From Blastocystis sp. Blastoise (taxonomy: Eukaryota; Protista; Bigyra: Opalinata), in the NCBI GenBank assembly GCA_039096225.1, contig JBBPEB010000005.1, positions 992,001-1,056,000 on the forward strand: 64,000 nucleotides of DNA. The letters run 5' to 3'. How positions within the stretch are numbered: the first letter of the stretch is position 1; each line of letters starts with the position of its first letter. Below, one piece after another: positions 8,853-21,510 of this stretch. Under the pieces are notes generated by a model. It made no database searches. It was not told where the DNA came from and saw only the letters and a list, made by a program, of their open reading frames with translations. A program made the position numbers and the translations under genes.

Positions 8853-8997
8853 TAATTCTTCCGTCGAGAACAAAAAGGGGGGATGACTTCCCCGCTTATG
8901 GCTGCGCGCGTCGCGCAGACTCTATGCGGGGTTTGCATACCCCCTTCTGCAGTTCGAAGAACGGAAGAATTATTAGTTTAACGAATCAACTAATACT
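8853..8997. other. GC-rich imperfect palindrome plus small hairpin at the putative element terminus
   Basis: Stems 8853-8864/8961-8972 (12 bp perfect), 8875-8885/8936-8946, 8890-8895/8926-8931 and 8902-8908/8912-8918. Second hairpin 8971-8978/8988-8995. Confidence 0.7.
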
Positions 8998-10331
8998 ATA
9001 TAAACAATAAATAGAATGAATATATAAAATATAAAAAAAACTATAAGAATAAATATATATTTCTACTAATAAATACTATAAGACCTATATATACAAAACT
9101 ATAGATAAAAGTAAATAATTAAATTAAAAATAAATAATTATATAAAACAATACTATTTAATATATATCTGAATTAAATATATCAAATAAATTAAATAAAA
9201 TAACATAAAAATAATAATAATAAAAATATTTATATATACCTAAAAAATGAAAAGGAAGAATTTTCTTTTTTAATTAAACCACTTTTTCAAGATTCGGTAA
9301 CTACCCTAGAGTAATATAGATAGTGAATAAAGTAAAATAAATAAAAGAATAAATAAAAATAAATATATACAGAAATGAATGTCTCCCATTCTCTCACTTT
9401 TGTTTTGATTTGAATTTATTTTGATTTAAAATCGTCAACCATTAGTACATAAGTGATTTGAAGAATCTCATTCAATTACAACCTAAATAAATAAAATAGA
9501 AATTAGACAAAATTATTATATTTTATATTTATATACTTTTGAAGAGACCTGTGTGACTAAAGTGAAGGCTTGAAACTGTTAGTGACACCTATAAGTTCTA
9601 AAAATAAATAAACGATAACATAATTACTGATTAAGTATTTGTATATAAAATAATTATAAAATATTTACTAGTATAAAGGTTCACAGACTTCCTGAGATAG
9701 TTGATGCTCGAAAATAAATGAAAAGCAATCAACAAAGCTGGATAAGCTTAAAAATAAATTTTTGATTTTTTAAAGAAATAAATTTTTTTTATACATTTTT
9801 TCTTTTGTTAGTTAAAGACTTTTTTTCGACCGATTTTTTTCTTTTTTTGTCTTAAACTGAACTCAAACCCTAACCCTAACCCTAGACAAGAAAAATGGTC
9901 CACCAGTGACAATTTTCTGACATTCATAAGAATGGCAACTTTATCATAATTCACATTCAATTCTATGTTCTTTCGAGTCTGTGAATTCGTTAGTATACGT
10001 GAATAATTCAATTAAGTAAATTGCCGAACAAAATTAAAAATGATTGTCCTAGATATTGTGGATAATTTCTTGAATATGTTATAGAAAGTCTTAAATTATC
10101 AGTTAATATACAAATAAAACATCTTACTATCAGTTTCTTAGATATAAATATATAAATATAAAACAACGAATTTATATGAGTGTCCACACAACATTATACC
10201 AAGTTTATTTTTGTTTTTGTGGTATAAATTACTTTCGTCGGTATAAAAAAAATTAAAGACCGATTTTTTCGTAATTTTGGTATAAATTTATGGGGAACCT
10301 GGTATAAAAGGGAAAAAGCTGCCCACCAGTG

Positions 10332-11898
10332 TATACTTTTTTATTAGTAAATAATATTTAAAATAATTAATAAGAAATAATGTCCCAAAATACTGATGGA
10401 CAACAACCAAACACTCAGACAACTTCAGAAACGTATAACTATTTATATATACCCTAATATATATAGTAATATATATAATTAGTATTATAGATATAACAAA
10501 TAGAACAATATAAAAAAAATTAAACGTGACATATATAATAAACATATATTATATTATATATCTAGTCTACTAAAGACTCTTGCTCTTATTTCTGTCATTA
10601 CACGACTAATACACTTTCTAATAGTACCACTATCAATAGACTTCCATTCATCACTTATTCTTTGTATAAAATCATCAATTCCATTCCATCTTGTTATGTT
10701 TCTTTCAGCATTTCCTTTCCATATACTGAATACATTTTCTATCGGGTTCATATCAGGACTATAAGGAGGACCATATATTACTGGGATCTCAAATTCATTA
10801 CATATATCATTTATAAGGCCTTTTTGGTGTACCGGCGCATTATCCATATATAAGCAAATATTCATATCATCTTCAGTATAATGAGTTAGTGCAGCACGTA
10901 GAAAATTACCAAAAACAGCTCCAGTAACAGAATTACTAAATAATTCTGTGTATCCAGCTCCAGTATTACTGATGGTTGCAATTGCTGTAAGAGATAATCT
11001 TTTTGATAAATGATGATAATATATTTTCTCACCTACTTTACCCCATCCATACTGCGAGAAATTGTTAAAAGACCAGTGCACTTCATCTAAATAAATTATT
11101 CTTTTACCTTCATGTATCATATTATCTATTTCATTGTATACTTCTATTCTTCTTGTTTTGTTATCATCATTATTTGAATTTTGACCACGTTTATAAAGCT
11201 TTTTGACATTAAAAGATGCACCAACATGTTCAGCCATACGACTACTATGTAGATGTTTTGCTACAGTGGCTTTAGAACAAAAAGAAGTTGTATTACTTTC
11301 TTTCAACGATTTCAATTCTTCTTCAGCTTGTATTCTTACATCTTCAGGTACATCATAAGTTTCAGTCACCCTTTCGAAGATTGAATTAGTAGAAGTATCA
11401 GATAATACTAAGACAGCATCATTGAGAGTTAATTTTGGATTTATAATGAACATATTCTTCAGTTTTTTGGACATATTAGGTGTAATAATAGCATGCCTAC
11501 CACTCTTTCTACGTTCTTTTATTAAAGGAGTATTGTTTACTAACTTTCTTACATATCGTTTAACTATATCTAGCTTTATATCTAACTGGAGTGAATAATC
11601 TTCTGGTGTCCATCGAACACCGTGAATTGACCACAAGTCCATTAATCGTTGTTTTTCAGAATCAGGTATCTTAGTATTCTTTCTTTTCCCAGTCTCAGTA
11701 GCCAGAAACGAATCATGATCACGTTGATTAATTAAGGAAATACGAGACGAGCGTCTTGCATTACTATATATATTAGGGTATATATAAATAGTTATACGTT
11801 TCTGAAGTTGTCTGAGTGTTTGGTTGTTGTCCATCAGTATTCTGGGACATTATTTCTTATTAATTATTTTAAATATTATTTACTAATAAAAAAGTATA
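10332..11898 (-). mobile_element. Tc1/IS630-family DNA transposon with 139-bp inverted repeats
   Basis: 10332-10470 is the reverse complement of 11760-11898 (one mismatch seen). Both outer ends are TA, consistent with a TA target duplication. The repeats enclose a DDE transposase. Confidence 0.75.
10554..11850 (-). CDS. DD34E transposase (IS630/Tc1, DDE_3)
   Basis: IIYLDE, LYMDNAPVH and PPYSPDMNPIENVFS; 34 residues between the second D and the E. Probable start at 11850 with a 34-nt GT-AG intron at 11764-11797 (alternative unspliced start at 11834). Confidence 0.9.
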
Positions 11899-12640
11899 AT
11901 GAAAATATTGAATTATTAAAACTATATTCTTTCTGAAAATTTAATTTCAGTTTTTTTCAGACTCAAAAAATTTCTTTTCTTTTTTTAATTTTTTTTAATT
12001 TTATTTTATTATAATTACATTAAATTTGTATTTAATTATTTATTCTAATTGACATGTTATTAAATAATACTATTTTAAAGGCAAATGAGCTAAAATGACT
12101 GATATATAAAACTCAAAGTTAAAAACTGACTTTCTATCTTTGATATGTTGACCAAACTAAGAGTCAAATAGGTACAACACACTAAAACTACAAAACTCCG
12201 ACCTTACAAATTTCGTAATTGCACTATTTAAAAAACAAAGTCGTTTACCCAAGTCAGCATAAGGTAGAAAGGTACCCAGTTCGGGTTTTATAAAAAAACT
12301 ATGTACTATTACGAAAATAGCATGTTTCAAATAAATACACAAAAGTCTCATATTTTGGGTCATATTTATTCAAATTTAGTATTATCTGAATCTTGATTTT
12401 TTTATAAAAAACACCGAATTTTTCAAAAAAAACATTTAATTTTTTCTTTTGTGAACCGAATTTTTCAAAAATATACTTAAATTTTTAGAATAGCTGTAAC
12501 AAACTGTTTTACATATTATTTTATAGATTTAATTATTTGATCAAAATGATTCAAACATAAATAAATAATATATGCAAAACTCACGAAATAATAAATGAGA
12601 ATTATGATCTTCAACAAATAATAATAAATATTTACATGTT

Positions 12641-13162
12641 TTACAATTTAATAACCTTTGTATCTTCTGTTAATTCAAATAAAGAATATATCAAGGAAGA
12701 CAGTGAATTTTCCATCATATTGATTTGTTTCGTAGAGAAATCAGTAACAATTCTCTTTTCATATTCTTCTTCAAAGAGTTCGAAACATTTTCTAGATGTA
12801 TATATCCATATTTCATTACGAATTTCATGTTGAGCTGTACAACCTAAATGATAAAAAGCACATTGATATGTTGTTTTTTGTTCATTATCCATTGAACCAG
12901 AAACTCTAGTGATGATCATTGATAGCCCATCTTTTAATTGAGTTGTATCTCCTTCAATATGTACGATCTGACCCATACTAATTGACGACATGATGACTTT
13001 TTTATAGAAGTCTTCTATTGGCTTTTTGTATGTAATCTTTAGGGCTTTGATAAGACTTTCAAAATCGTTGTATGTTGATGTATATTGTTTAAGAATTTGG
13101 CAGCTACTAATATTAAAAAACTGAACTATTGAAAAAGAACCAGTGTTTTTATTACTTCCCAT
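12641..13162 (-). CDS. Hypothetical protein (possibly transposon-derived)
   Basis: Intronless ~173-aa ORF. YQCAFYHLGCTA faintly resembles WRKY/GCM/FAR1-like Cys motifs; no firm family. Confidence 0.35.
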   Translation of the reverse strand: MGSNKNTGSFSIVQFFNISSCQILKQYTSTYNDFESLIKALKITYKKPIEDFYKKVIMSSISMGQIVHIEGDTTQLKDGLSMIITRVSGSMDNEQKTTYQCAFYHLGCTAQHEIRNEIWIYTSRKCFELFEEEYEKRIVTDFSTKQINMMENSLSSLIYSLFELTEDTKVIKL

Positions 13163-13711
13163 ATTTTGTTTAACCAAGAAAATATTATAATTAAATATGA
13201 AGAATATATCTTCTTATAAAATGAAAACAATAATAAATAAAAACTAAATTTTCTATATTAGTTTTTTATTTTTCTTTGAGTTAATTATATAATTTGTATA
13301 TATATATTTCAATAGAATAAGTATAATAGATATATATAACTTAATTATTATATAAATGCTATATCTAAGGATATTCTGACATAATGTATATCAATATGGA
13401 TATAGTTACACTATAATTGAGAGTATTATGAGTTGTTAAAGGAATAAATAAGAAGAAGAAGTAAACAAGGTGACTTATTAATCAAATTTATTAGAAGAAG
13501 TGATATATTTGTTTATTATATTAATATATTAATATCCATAAGACAATTATTTTAAGAAGAATAGATGAGTACAAGAAAAGAAACAAAAGGATTAAAAATT
13601 TATAATAGACAAAGCAAAATAAATAATACACTCTAATAAAAAAAATAGTCTATAGAAACTTGATTATGAAGAGTATAAGTATAAATATATATATGTATAT
13701 GTATATATATT

Positions 13712-13871
13712 TTAATGTGTTAATAAGGGTTGACAATCCGTATTTGATTCTTGAGATAAAGAAGGCATAGGTTTTACATATCTATAACCTACTATATCTT
13801 CATAATTCTTAAAATAGGGAGAAATAGGAATAAGCCATAATAAAGAGAAATGTCCATCGCCTCCAAAGACT

Positions 13872-13906
<35 letters not shown>

Positions 13907-15090
13907 GAATGAAAAGAAGAAGAAGAAAATATAATTGAATAAATTCTTACGCAATTGCTTTATATCGATCAGAATAATTAAATGTTTTACGTTGTTTCTC
14001 ATCAATACCTGTTACTCCAGTTGTGCAAACATATATCATATCACATAATAAGGAGAATGTAAATAATCCAAATAATAAGCAAATAACAACTAATGAAGTA
14101 GTACAGAATTTCGCTAAAAATATAAGTGTATAAAGATATTATATATATATATATATAGAAAGATGAAAATAGAATCCAATATAAAAAATGATGAAAAGAA
14201 GTTTTAAAAACATATATAGTAATTGATAAATAAACTAAATATATATATATATATACGCCAATAGTCTAATGGGTGTCCAGCCCCATCTGTCCATTTCACA
14301 TGAAGTATACTCATAATGAATCCACATATAGAACAGAGAAATACATATAATAAATATAATACAAAAAACTTTGTATTTCGAATTCCCACACAATTATTGA
14401 TCTATAAATAAAAAGAATAATCCTATTATATATATTTAGATATATAAATAATGAAATAAGTATATGAATAAATATATTTATATATTTATAAAAATAAGCA
14501 TATAAATAAATAAATAAATATCTATATATATACCCATGGACAATGATGATCCATCTTAACGATACAACGTCTACATACACTATATGAAACTCAATAATAA
14601 ATAATAATATAAATATAAATAAATACCTGCAATGATGAGCTCGAGGTGGTTTATAAGAATTACAGCGAGTACATTTCATAATACTATTATCTTCTATATC
14701 ATAATTAATTGGCTCAGAATCAAATGGAACAGAACCTGGATCAGTAAAAATACCTATATATAATATATCAAATATATTTTATCAATATAACTATTATTGA
14801 TGTAAATATTCACAAGATTATTTTAAATACAACGAAAATGAGCTATAAATGCATTTCCAAAACAATATATCAATGCAAAATATAATGTCCAGTAATGATC
14901 AGATCCTGAATAATCATTATTCAAAATAATAAACTATATCTATTAACAATGATATCAATGAACATACAAAAACTACATAAAAACCAAATAGAAGAACTAA
15001 GAAAGCACCTAATGCATTGAGTATACCATAATTATCCCAATTAAACCAAAAGATTGATCCAGGCTGTGTACCACATATAGAATGTCCCAT
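13712..15090 (-). CDS. DHHC palmitoyltransferase (multi-exon)
   Basis: Spliced CTRCNSYKPPRAHHC / CRRCIVKMDHHCPW / INNCVGIRNTKFF, with TDPG motif and TM segments. Confidence 0.92.
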
Positions 15091-15496
15091 GAAATATCTT
15101 TAAATGAATTAAAACAAGATATATTAGGTATAGTAGAGCTAATTTAGTTGAAAAAAACAACGAGATTATTGTTTCTATACTTTTAGAAACTAATACTTTT
15201 CTACACATTTATAATAATCATTTAATAGTCATTTTATAATACTCAATTTTTTAATATAAAATATGTTTATTAAATAAGCAATCAATTATTTTAAATTATC
15301 TAAAATTATAATTAAAAAAATGAATCTGTATAAAACCTATAAATTACACCTACTAAAAGAGTTTTTAGCATAATATTATTTTACAATAAACTCAACTTAC
15401 ATATTACATTCTTATTACATATAATAGAAGTGATTCATAAATTAAAAAAAAAGAAAAGAATACATAAAAAAATAGAATAAAAAAGAAACATATAAA

Positions 15497-15862
15497 TTAA
15501 GAAATACATTTTTCTTTCATAGAACATTGTAAATTAGATACCTTGGTAGGTACAATATTGACAACTTTTTGTTTCATTGTTTTATTTGTGACAAAAGATA
15601 CATCTCCAGAGAGAAGTGCATATAATGTGTGATCTTTACCCATACCAATATTCTTTCCTGGATGTATTCTTGTACCTCTTTGTCTTACTATAATACCACC
15701 AGCATTTACAAATTCACCTTCATTCACTTTCACTCCAAGATGTTTAGGGTTTGAATCTCTTCCATTCTTTTTAGCTCCTTTTGATGCAAATCTACAAAAG
15801 TCTGTTGTTAAGAATAATGACTTGCTAGATATGCAACTTGAAGCACGTAAGAGAAATGACAT
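15497..15862 (-). CDS. MRPL27: Mitochondrial ribosomal protein bL27
   Basis: [14 protein letters not shown]...[29 protein letters not shown] after an S/R-rich presequence. Confidence 0.93.
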   Translation of the reverse strand: MSFLLRASSCISSKSLFLTTDFCRFASKGAKKNGRDSNPKHLGVKVNEGEFVNAGGIIVRQRGTRIHPGKNIGMGKDHTLYALLSGDVSFVTNKTMKQKVVNIVPTKVSNLQCSMKEKCIS

Positions 15863-16853
15863 TTCTAAGAAACGATAAAACAATAAAAAGTATTATTTCT
15901 TCTCAATTTTATTTTATTTATGGAAATTCACTAGGAAACAGTCATCATTTATAAAATTCAATGGGTTTTTCTTTTGTTATTAAAACTCATATTTTTCAAA
16001 ACATAATAGAGTTGATGTTTTGATTTATTTTGATTTATATTGATTTAATTTTTATTTTTCAATATATAGAGAAGACCTAGATCCGTTTTTGAAAACATAA
16101 TAGAAACATTGAATTCTTCAGATTTACTAAAGTCATTCTTCTGTTGTGAAACTCATTCTAAAAGGCAAAGCATGATAGCTATAATAATTAATATAAAAGA
16201 ATAGCAACAAAAAAGATTTATTTCTAGAAAAAAAGTATGAATTATCCTTTTTGATATATCACAAAGAATCTAAAGCACCATTCTTTTTTTTATTTTTTAA
16301 CAAACACTATTTATTCTTAGATATATCATTTATTGTCACATATTTTGTTTACATTAAATATTGATATTTTTTTAAATATAATAAAGAATATTTTTTAAAG
16401 AATATAGACATATATCATTATATAGTTGAATTGGATTTATACATTATTTATATCTAATATTAATACAAAACAAGTAGTATAATTTAAAATGTATGAAATA
16501 TATATATCTATTATTTATATGAATATAATGAATATATATATAGTTGATAATTACTAAATAGTATTAGAATTCATGTTTATTAAGAGAAAAGTCGAAAACA
16601 TCAGTTGGAAAAAAAGAAAATATATATATATAATAAATAATAAATGGATACAAACTTGACAAAAAGATATTTCTAGATGAAAATTAGAATAGAATTGGGG
16701 TTAAATAATATATTTAAAATATTAGAATAGATTAACAATGTAAATATATTTTATGATTTTAAAAAAATATATCAATAATATAAATATATTTTTTGATTTT
16801 TATAAAATATATATTAATAATATAAATATATTCTAATGATAAATATAAATATA

Positions 16854-18070
16854 TTAATCAGAAAGTACTTCTTGTATATCTTTGTCATAATTATCCATAA
16901 TTTCGTTCAATTCTTTTGAGGATATCGATTGAGAAGGAGCAGGTATCGAAATATTTACAGGAGTATATCTATAATATATATACAATTAAATAAAATAAAT
17001 ATACTTAGGTGTAGCTAGAGATTGTTGATTATGTATACAATCTACAATAGTGCCCATAGAGACAGTTGGTTGAGAGGGTATACCTGGAAATGAAGACTGT
17101 AAGAATAGAGGTATAGTAGAAAGAGGAGATGGAAGAGGAATAGGAATAGGAAGAGAAGAAGAAGAAGAGGAAGAGGAAGTGAATGAAGACTGAGAGACAG
17201 GAGGAAGAGGAAGAGGAAGAGGAAGAGGAAGAGGAAGAGAAGAAGAGGAATTAATAGTATGAAGAGTCGATACAGAAGGATTGGCTAAAATAGGGTCTTG
17301 AGGAAGAGAAGGAGCTTGAACTTGATACATTGTCACATAAATGTGATTAATAAACGACATATCAAACCTATTTATATAGATTATATAAAATATTAACAAC
17401 AATATATTCATTTTAAAAAACGAAATAACTCTATATATATACAAATTATTTGTTCTCCATACTTCTATAATAGTTTCAACTTTCTTTTGTTCTTCTTTAA
17501 CAAAAGAACATCGTATAATATTATGAATAATTGTAGGAAGCTGAGGACCTAATGCCTCTTTCATTTTCAATTGAGAAACCACAGAATCTTTTGAAGAAAG
17601 TATCAAGAGATTATCTATTAATGTCAATAAATTATATCGTTCTTGAAAACTTGAAGAAGTTATAATACATTGGCGAAGCTGAATAGCTATTGCAACACTA
17701 TTACGATACTCATGCTCCAAAATCCAATCACAACATGAGGTCATTTTATCATGAGACCCTAAATATTTCATAATTATGCTCATTAATATATTTATTCAAA
17801 AATATTATATTTTTTTAATATATAATTACCATTTACTGACGATATTAATGAATAAAACTCAGATTTTTCACCAGATGTTAAATCAATCATTCCAGGTGTT
17901 ACTTCCATCTGCGTCTATACTCATTGAAGAATAAAAATAAAAGTAGATCATAAAGAATCTTTTATACAAAAACAAACACATAATTAATTTACTTGAGGCA
18001 TCATAGAAGAGTTTGGCATAGCTTGCTGCGACACTGGATTGAATGATGGCTGGAAAAAAGGAAGACTCAT
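16854..18070 (-). CDS. CTD-interacting (CID/RPR) domain protein with Pro/Ser-rich tail (multi-exon)
   Basis: Spliced LISSVNGSHDKMTSCCDWILEH...RYNLLTLIDNLL...KKVETIIEVW fits the CID helical pattern. Confidence 0.7.
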
Positions 18071-18545
18071 CTAAAATAAAATCACATTTAGATAATACAC
18101 GCATTCAAAATTAACTTTTATTAAAGTTCAAATGTATTATGAAATATATAACATACAATTAATTTAAAATGAGAAATAACTAACAAGAAAAGCGAATATG
18201 ACTCTTTTATCGTTTTTAAAATTCCCAAGGGAAATTATTTTCTTTCTATTGAATAATATTATTTTCCGTGTGACATTCTTTTCTTCTGAATTCAAATTCC
18301 TTTCGTCATAACTCTTCAAAAAGCATATACTTAATTTGTTTTAATGTCCTCAAATATTGTGCTTTTTATTTTTAAAAATTAATCACATTTACCACCAATT
18401 ACCCTAATTACTAAATCAGTTTAAACTGATTATATGTCAAATACACTATCATAGCAAAGATTTCGTCACTCTATAATTATTACTTTTAAAATCAATCAAT
18501 ATTGAATAAACCACTTTAAAATATATATATATATATACTGTTTTT

Positions 18546-20520
18546 TAGAGCGGTTCAAAAGTTGCAACAAGTTGCGACAAGTTGTGATAGTATTTAAAAA
18601 CATTTTTTCCTTGATAAATAAAACAAATTTTTAATAAAGAAAACATAAATAAAACATAAAAATACAAATTATGAATTAATTAAGAAAAAATATTAATCAA
18701 GATTAATCTCTGAAACATTACTAAAAGTAGATAAATTATCAAAAAGTTGAAAAAAAAATCATCAAGAGAATCAGATAAAAGACTATTTGAATTGAAATTT
18801 CTATCATAAACATCAGTTTCATGTTCATTTGATAATATTTCATTATCATCTATAATTGTTATTGAAGAATCATTAATTGTAGTATCTATTTCATCTTCAA
18901 TAATCATTGAATCATTTTGAATTGAAATAGTATCTATTTGTGGATTCATATAGAAAAATAAATCTCTGAACAAATTTTCATCAGAATAACCAAATTTCTT
19001 CTTTGTAAATAAAATATTCATAAAAGAGAAAGATCTTTCTACACTAACAGTAGTAGAAGGTAATTGAAGAATGAAAGTAATTATTTTAGAAATAGAAGGA
19101 ATTTGTTTAAGAATAGGAAAATATAATTTTATCATTTGTTCTTTACTTATCATATTTTGAGGAAAACATTCATTTTATTTCTTCTCATTATCTATAAAAT
19201 CTTTCAATTTTGAAACACATAATAAATAATCTTTCTTTTCTATATCTAAAAATTCAGATGAAGTGAAAGAAGGAAATGAAGAAGACATCAAGAAAGGATT
19301 TTCATTATAAAATATCATTTGTTTCTTATTCATTGTTTTGATTTCTTTCAATTTTAATAATGTATTCGTAAAACATATATAATATAAAATAATAATAAAT
19401 AATAAATATACTTTTCTTATATTCTTGAATAAATGAAGATTGAACATTTGATAAATTATTTTCTTCACATATTTCATTCACTATCATAATTATATTATCT
19501 TTTGAATTCTTCAATTCTTCTTCAATTTCATCTATCAAACTAGAAACATTACAACATTGAAAATTATCATTGGATAATAATTTTAATATTTCTTCAAACA
19601 TTATTCCACTCTTCAAGAGAATCGATATTTTGATTTGTAAAGAAGAAGATAATTGATTATCTTGAAGAATATTCAATATTTCTTTATCTTTTTCACTTAA
19701 CATATCCAATGTTTCTAAATATTCATAGAATGATTTCAAATATTTAAAATGTTTCAAAATATATCTTAATGATTTATACCAAGATATCCATCGTGTTTCT
19801 TTAAATAAGAAAAGAAAGAAGACGAAGGAAGATTATTTATCTTTAAAAAGGATAACCATATATCATTTTTCTTTCTAAAGAAACGAAATGATGAATTAAT
19901 GAGATTAATAAATGATTTAGTATTAATAAAACCATCTTTTAGTTTCTCAGCTACTAAATTAATCATATGCATAAAACATCCACAATAAATTCCATCACTA
20001 AAAATCGATTCATAATTATTACCAGCATTTCGCATAGTATTACAGTTATCAGTGTGAAACGATTTGAATTGTTTTCTTTTAATGTTCCATTCTTCTAATG
20101 TATCTTGAATGATAGAAAGAAAAATATTAGATTTTTGATTTTCCATTCGTTTCAAGTTTATTAAGTAGAAAGGTTCATTCAAATTGAAAGAATTCAATCT
20201 TCTTACGATTATTGATAAATAATTAGAACCAGCATCTGAGGTAGAAGAATCACATAGAACAGCTAGAGAACATTTATCTAAACTCATTTTTACATATTGA
20301 ATACGTTCATCATACAATTTAGGTATAATTCGTTTTTGAATAGTATTATAACATGGCATATTATTATTATTCATTTCAAATATATTTTTCAATTTCATTC
20401 TAAATTGAGGTTTCTTGAATTTATTAATAGGAATACATTCTTCTAAAAATAATTCTATTAATTTTTCAAATCTTAAATAATTCACATTAGATTCAATAAT
20501 TCTATTGTTATTATTATTAG
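18546..20520 (-). mobile_element. hAT transposon, 5'-truncated copy B
   Basis: TIR TAGAGCGGTTCAAAAGTTGC at 18546. Transposase fragments on the - strand are near-identical to copy A. Cut off at 20520 by another TIR. Confidence 0.85.
18680..20510 (-). pseudogene. hAT transposase, truncated/disrupted
   Basis: Motifs AVLCDSST, FHTDN, CFMHMINL (CxxH), TRW (in a shifted frame) and LPSTTVSVERSFS. Frameshift and in-frame stop; lacks the N-terminal zinc finger. Confidence 0.85.
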
Positions 20521-20918
20521 TAGAGCGGTTCAAAAGTTGCGATAAAAGTTGTGACAAGTTGCGACAAAAGTTGCGACAAAGTTGCGACAAGTTGTGACAA
20601 GTTGCGACACTTTTTATATCTCATTTGTGAGCCATATATTTATTATATAATAAATTTATATATATAATTATAGAGAGATTTACATGATGATTACATAAAT
20701 AATTTTTAAATAAATTAAAAATAAGTTTAATACTCTTAATAAGCGTTTTAAACACTAAAAATTGAATTTTTAAAGTCAAAATTATTCTATAAATATCGTT
20801 ATTTTAATCATTTTAACAATCTTTTAACGATTTTTAAAATATTATATTATTTTTATATTATAAGAATAATGTTATTAAATATAAAAAGTGAAAAATTGCA
20901 TGTCATAGATAGAGCGGT
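20521..20918 (-). mobile_element. Inverted right end of the non-autonomous hAT derivative
   Basis: Reverse complement of ~23533-23918, beginning with the TIR and AAGTTGCGAC subterminal repeats and ending in a 9-bp TIR stub. Confidence 0.8.
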
Positions 20919-21510
20919 TAGAGCGGTTCAAAAGTTGCGACAAATTTCACAACTTGTCGCAACTTGTCGCAATTTGTCGCAACTTTTTTAATCATGAATA
21001 ATGGCGAGAGTCCCGTAATTATTTTATTAATTTGGCAATTAAAAAAGACTTGTTTAAAAAAAGAATTCAGTGTCGCAATTTGTCACAACTTTGTCACAAC
21101 TTTTCATTTAAACATATATAGACCTATTTTACATTTATATAAAATATGATAATTTATGAAATTCATAGTGGTGAATATAATAAGCATCAAGAATTATTTA
21201 AATACTTAATTCAAACAAAGAAAAACATTAAAAATACTTTTCAAAAAATCATGAATATTTTTTTTACAGTCAAAAAAATGAAATATTCACGGGACATTAT
21301 TAATTTTCAGTCATTTTAAAATGTATAAATAATTGAAAGAAATCATCTCATTTTCATTAATTTATATTTCTATATAAATCGTTCTTTCAATATAGATTCA
21401 TTCATCTATTCATAAAGTCTTCTTTAATACTCATTTCTATCAATAAAATATCATTCTAAGAATCAAAAGAAGTATATATATGTATTCATCATTCTTAATT
21501 ATCTTTAGAT

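Larger units (their letters stand above)
1..8997 (+). mobile_element. Endogenous Polinton-like virus / Maverick-type element, right-hand part (left part outside window)
   Basis: Seven tightly packed, intronless, same-strand ORFs in an otherwise intron-rich genome. They include an A32-type packaging ATPase, MCP-like and minor-capsid-like genes. A non-coding repeat/hairpin region follows and ends in ...AACTAATACT (5'-AGTATTAGTT on the other strand), after which the sequence becomes low-complexity and host-like. The right boundary is inferred. Confidence 0.85.

Noticed and set aside
9290-9750. Possible exon fragments of a host gene next to the viral end
   Set aside because: Some GT/AG-bounded blocks on the - strand, but no convincing reading frame or family could be assembled.
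9866-9883. (AACCCT)3 as a telomere
   Set aside because: Only three units and internal; not evidence of a chromosome end.
12270-12480. Repeated ACCGAATTTTT(T)CAAAAA near ORF 12641
   Set aside because: Only two copies and no partner end found; insufficient to call a mobile element.
19175-19177. In-frame TAA in both hAT copies as evidence of a variant genetic code
   Set aside because: TAA terminates many conserved genes here (RPL36, NAT10, cytochrome b5, viral ORFs), so the standard code applies.
20521-20610. AAGTTGCGAC tandem units that look array-like
   Set aside because: No unique spacers and directly inside a TIR; these are hAT subterminal repeats, not CRISPR.
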